Origin: Octopus sinensis
Taxonomy: Eukaryota
DNA length: 64,000 nucleotides
Assembly (NCBI RefSeq): GCF_006345805.1
Contig: NC_042998.1
Span: 84,568,001 to 84,632,000, forward strand
Reading direction: 5' to 3'
Shown here: positions 63,751 to 64,000 of the stretch, in pieces
Numbering within the stretch: the stretch's first letter is position 1
Layout: every line of letters begins with the position of its first letter
Notes under the pieces: generated by a model
What the model saw: the letters and a program-made list of their open reading frames with translations, nothing else
What the model was told of the DNA's origin: nothing
Databases searched by the model: none
Made by a program: the position numbers and the translations under genes

Positions 63751-64000
63751 TTTTACCCGTCTGTCCTACCATTTTAGCTCTATTTTGAATCTTTAAAGTA
63801 TGGTGTTCAATGTATATTGCAAAAAAATATAGCAAAAGATGTTATGGGAATAGTGTGTGTGTATGTGTGTGAGTGTGTGTGTGTGTGTTCATATGTTTAC
63901 TTGTTGAATCTGAGGAAAGGGACAGATGCTGTGACCCTTGCAGGCCTTCTGAGACTAATGTGAGTGATGCCATTAATGTCTGGTTTAAGCTTTTACAAGC

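Overview
AT-rich, repeat-dense animal genomic DNA. The repeat content (tRNA-derived SINEs, RTE tails ending in (GAT)n, abundant CA/TA microsatellites) looks like an octopus or other coleoid cephalopod; this is recognised from memory, not searched. The only long ORF is a hAT/Buster-type transposase inside a complete 2,380-bp element (42291-44670) with terminal inverted repeats (TIRs) and a perfect 8-bp target-site duplication (TSD) GTTTAGAT. It is one base short of an intact C-terminus. The element sits about 170 bp from a candidate first splice donor next to a CRE/ETS/CCAAT promoter at about 44.85-44.91 kb. That promoter appears to drive a minus-strand gene with several stop-containing leader exons spread over about 44 kb, and a CDS that may start at position 175 and run off the left edge. 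CpG is visibly depleted left of about 41.9 kb and retained from about 41.9 to 61 kb. Also present: several foldback (inverted-repeat) elements, including a near-perfect 698-bp palindrome and a mariner derivative built from two 5' ends; an LTR-like element; CR1, RTE, Tx1-like and HERO-like LINE fragments; and a short 28S rRNA fragment. Most short ORFs in the supplied track are microsatellite or repeat artefacts. Repeat boundaries are approximate and exon models are read by eye.
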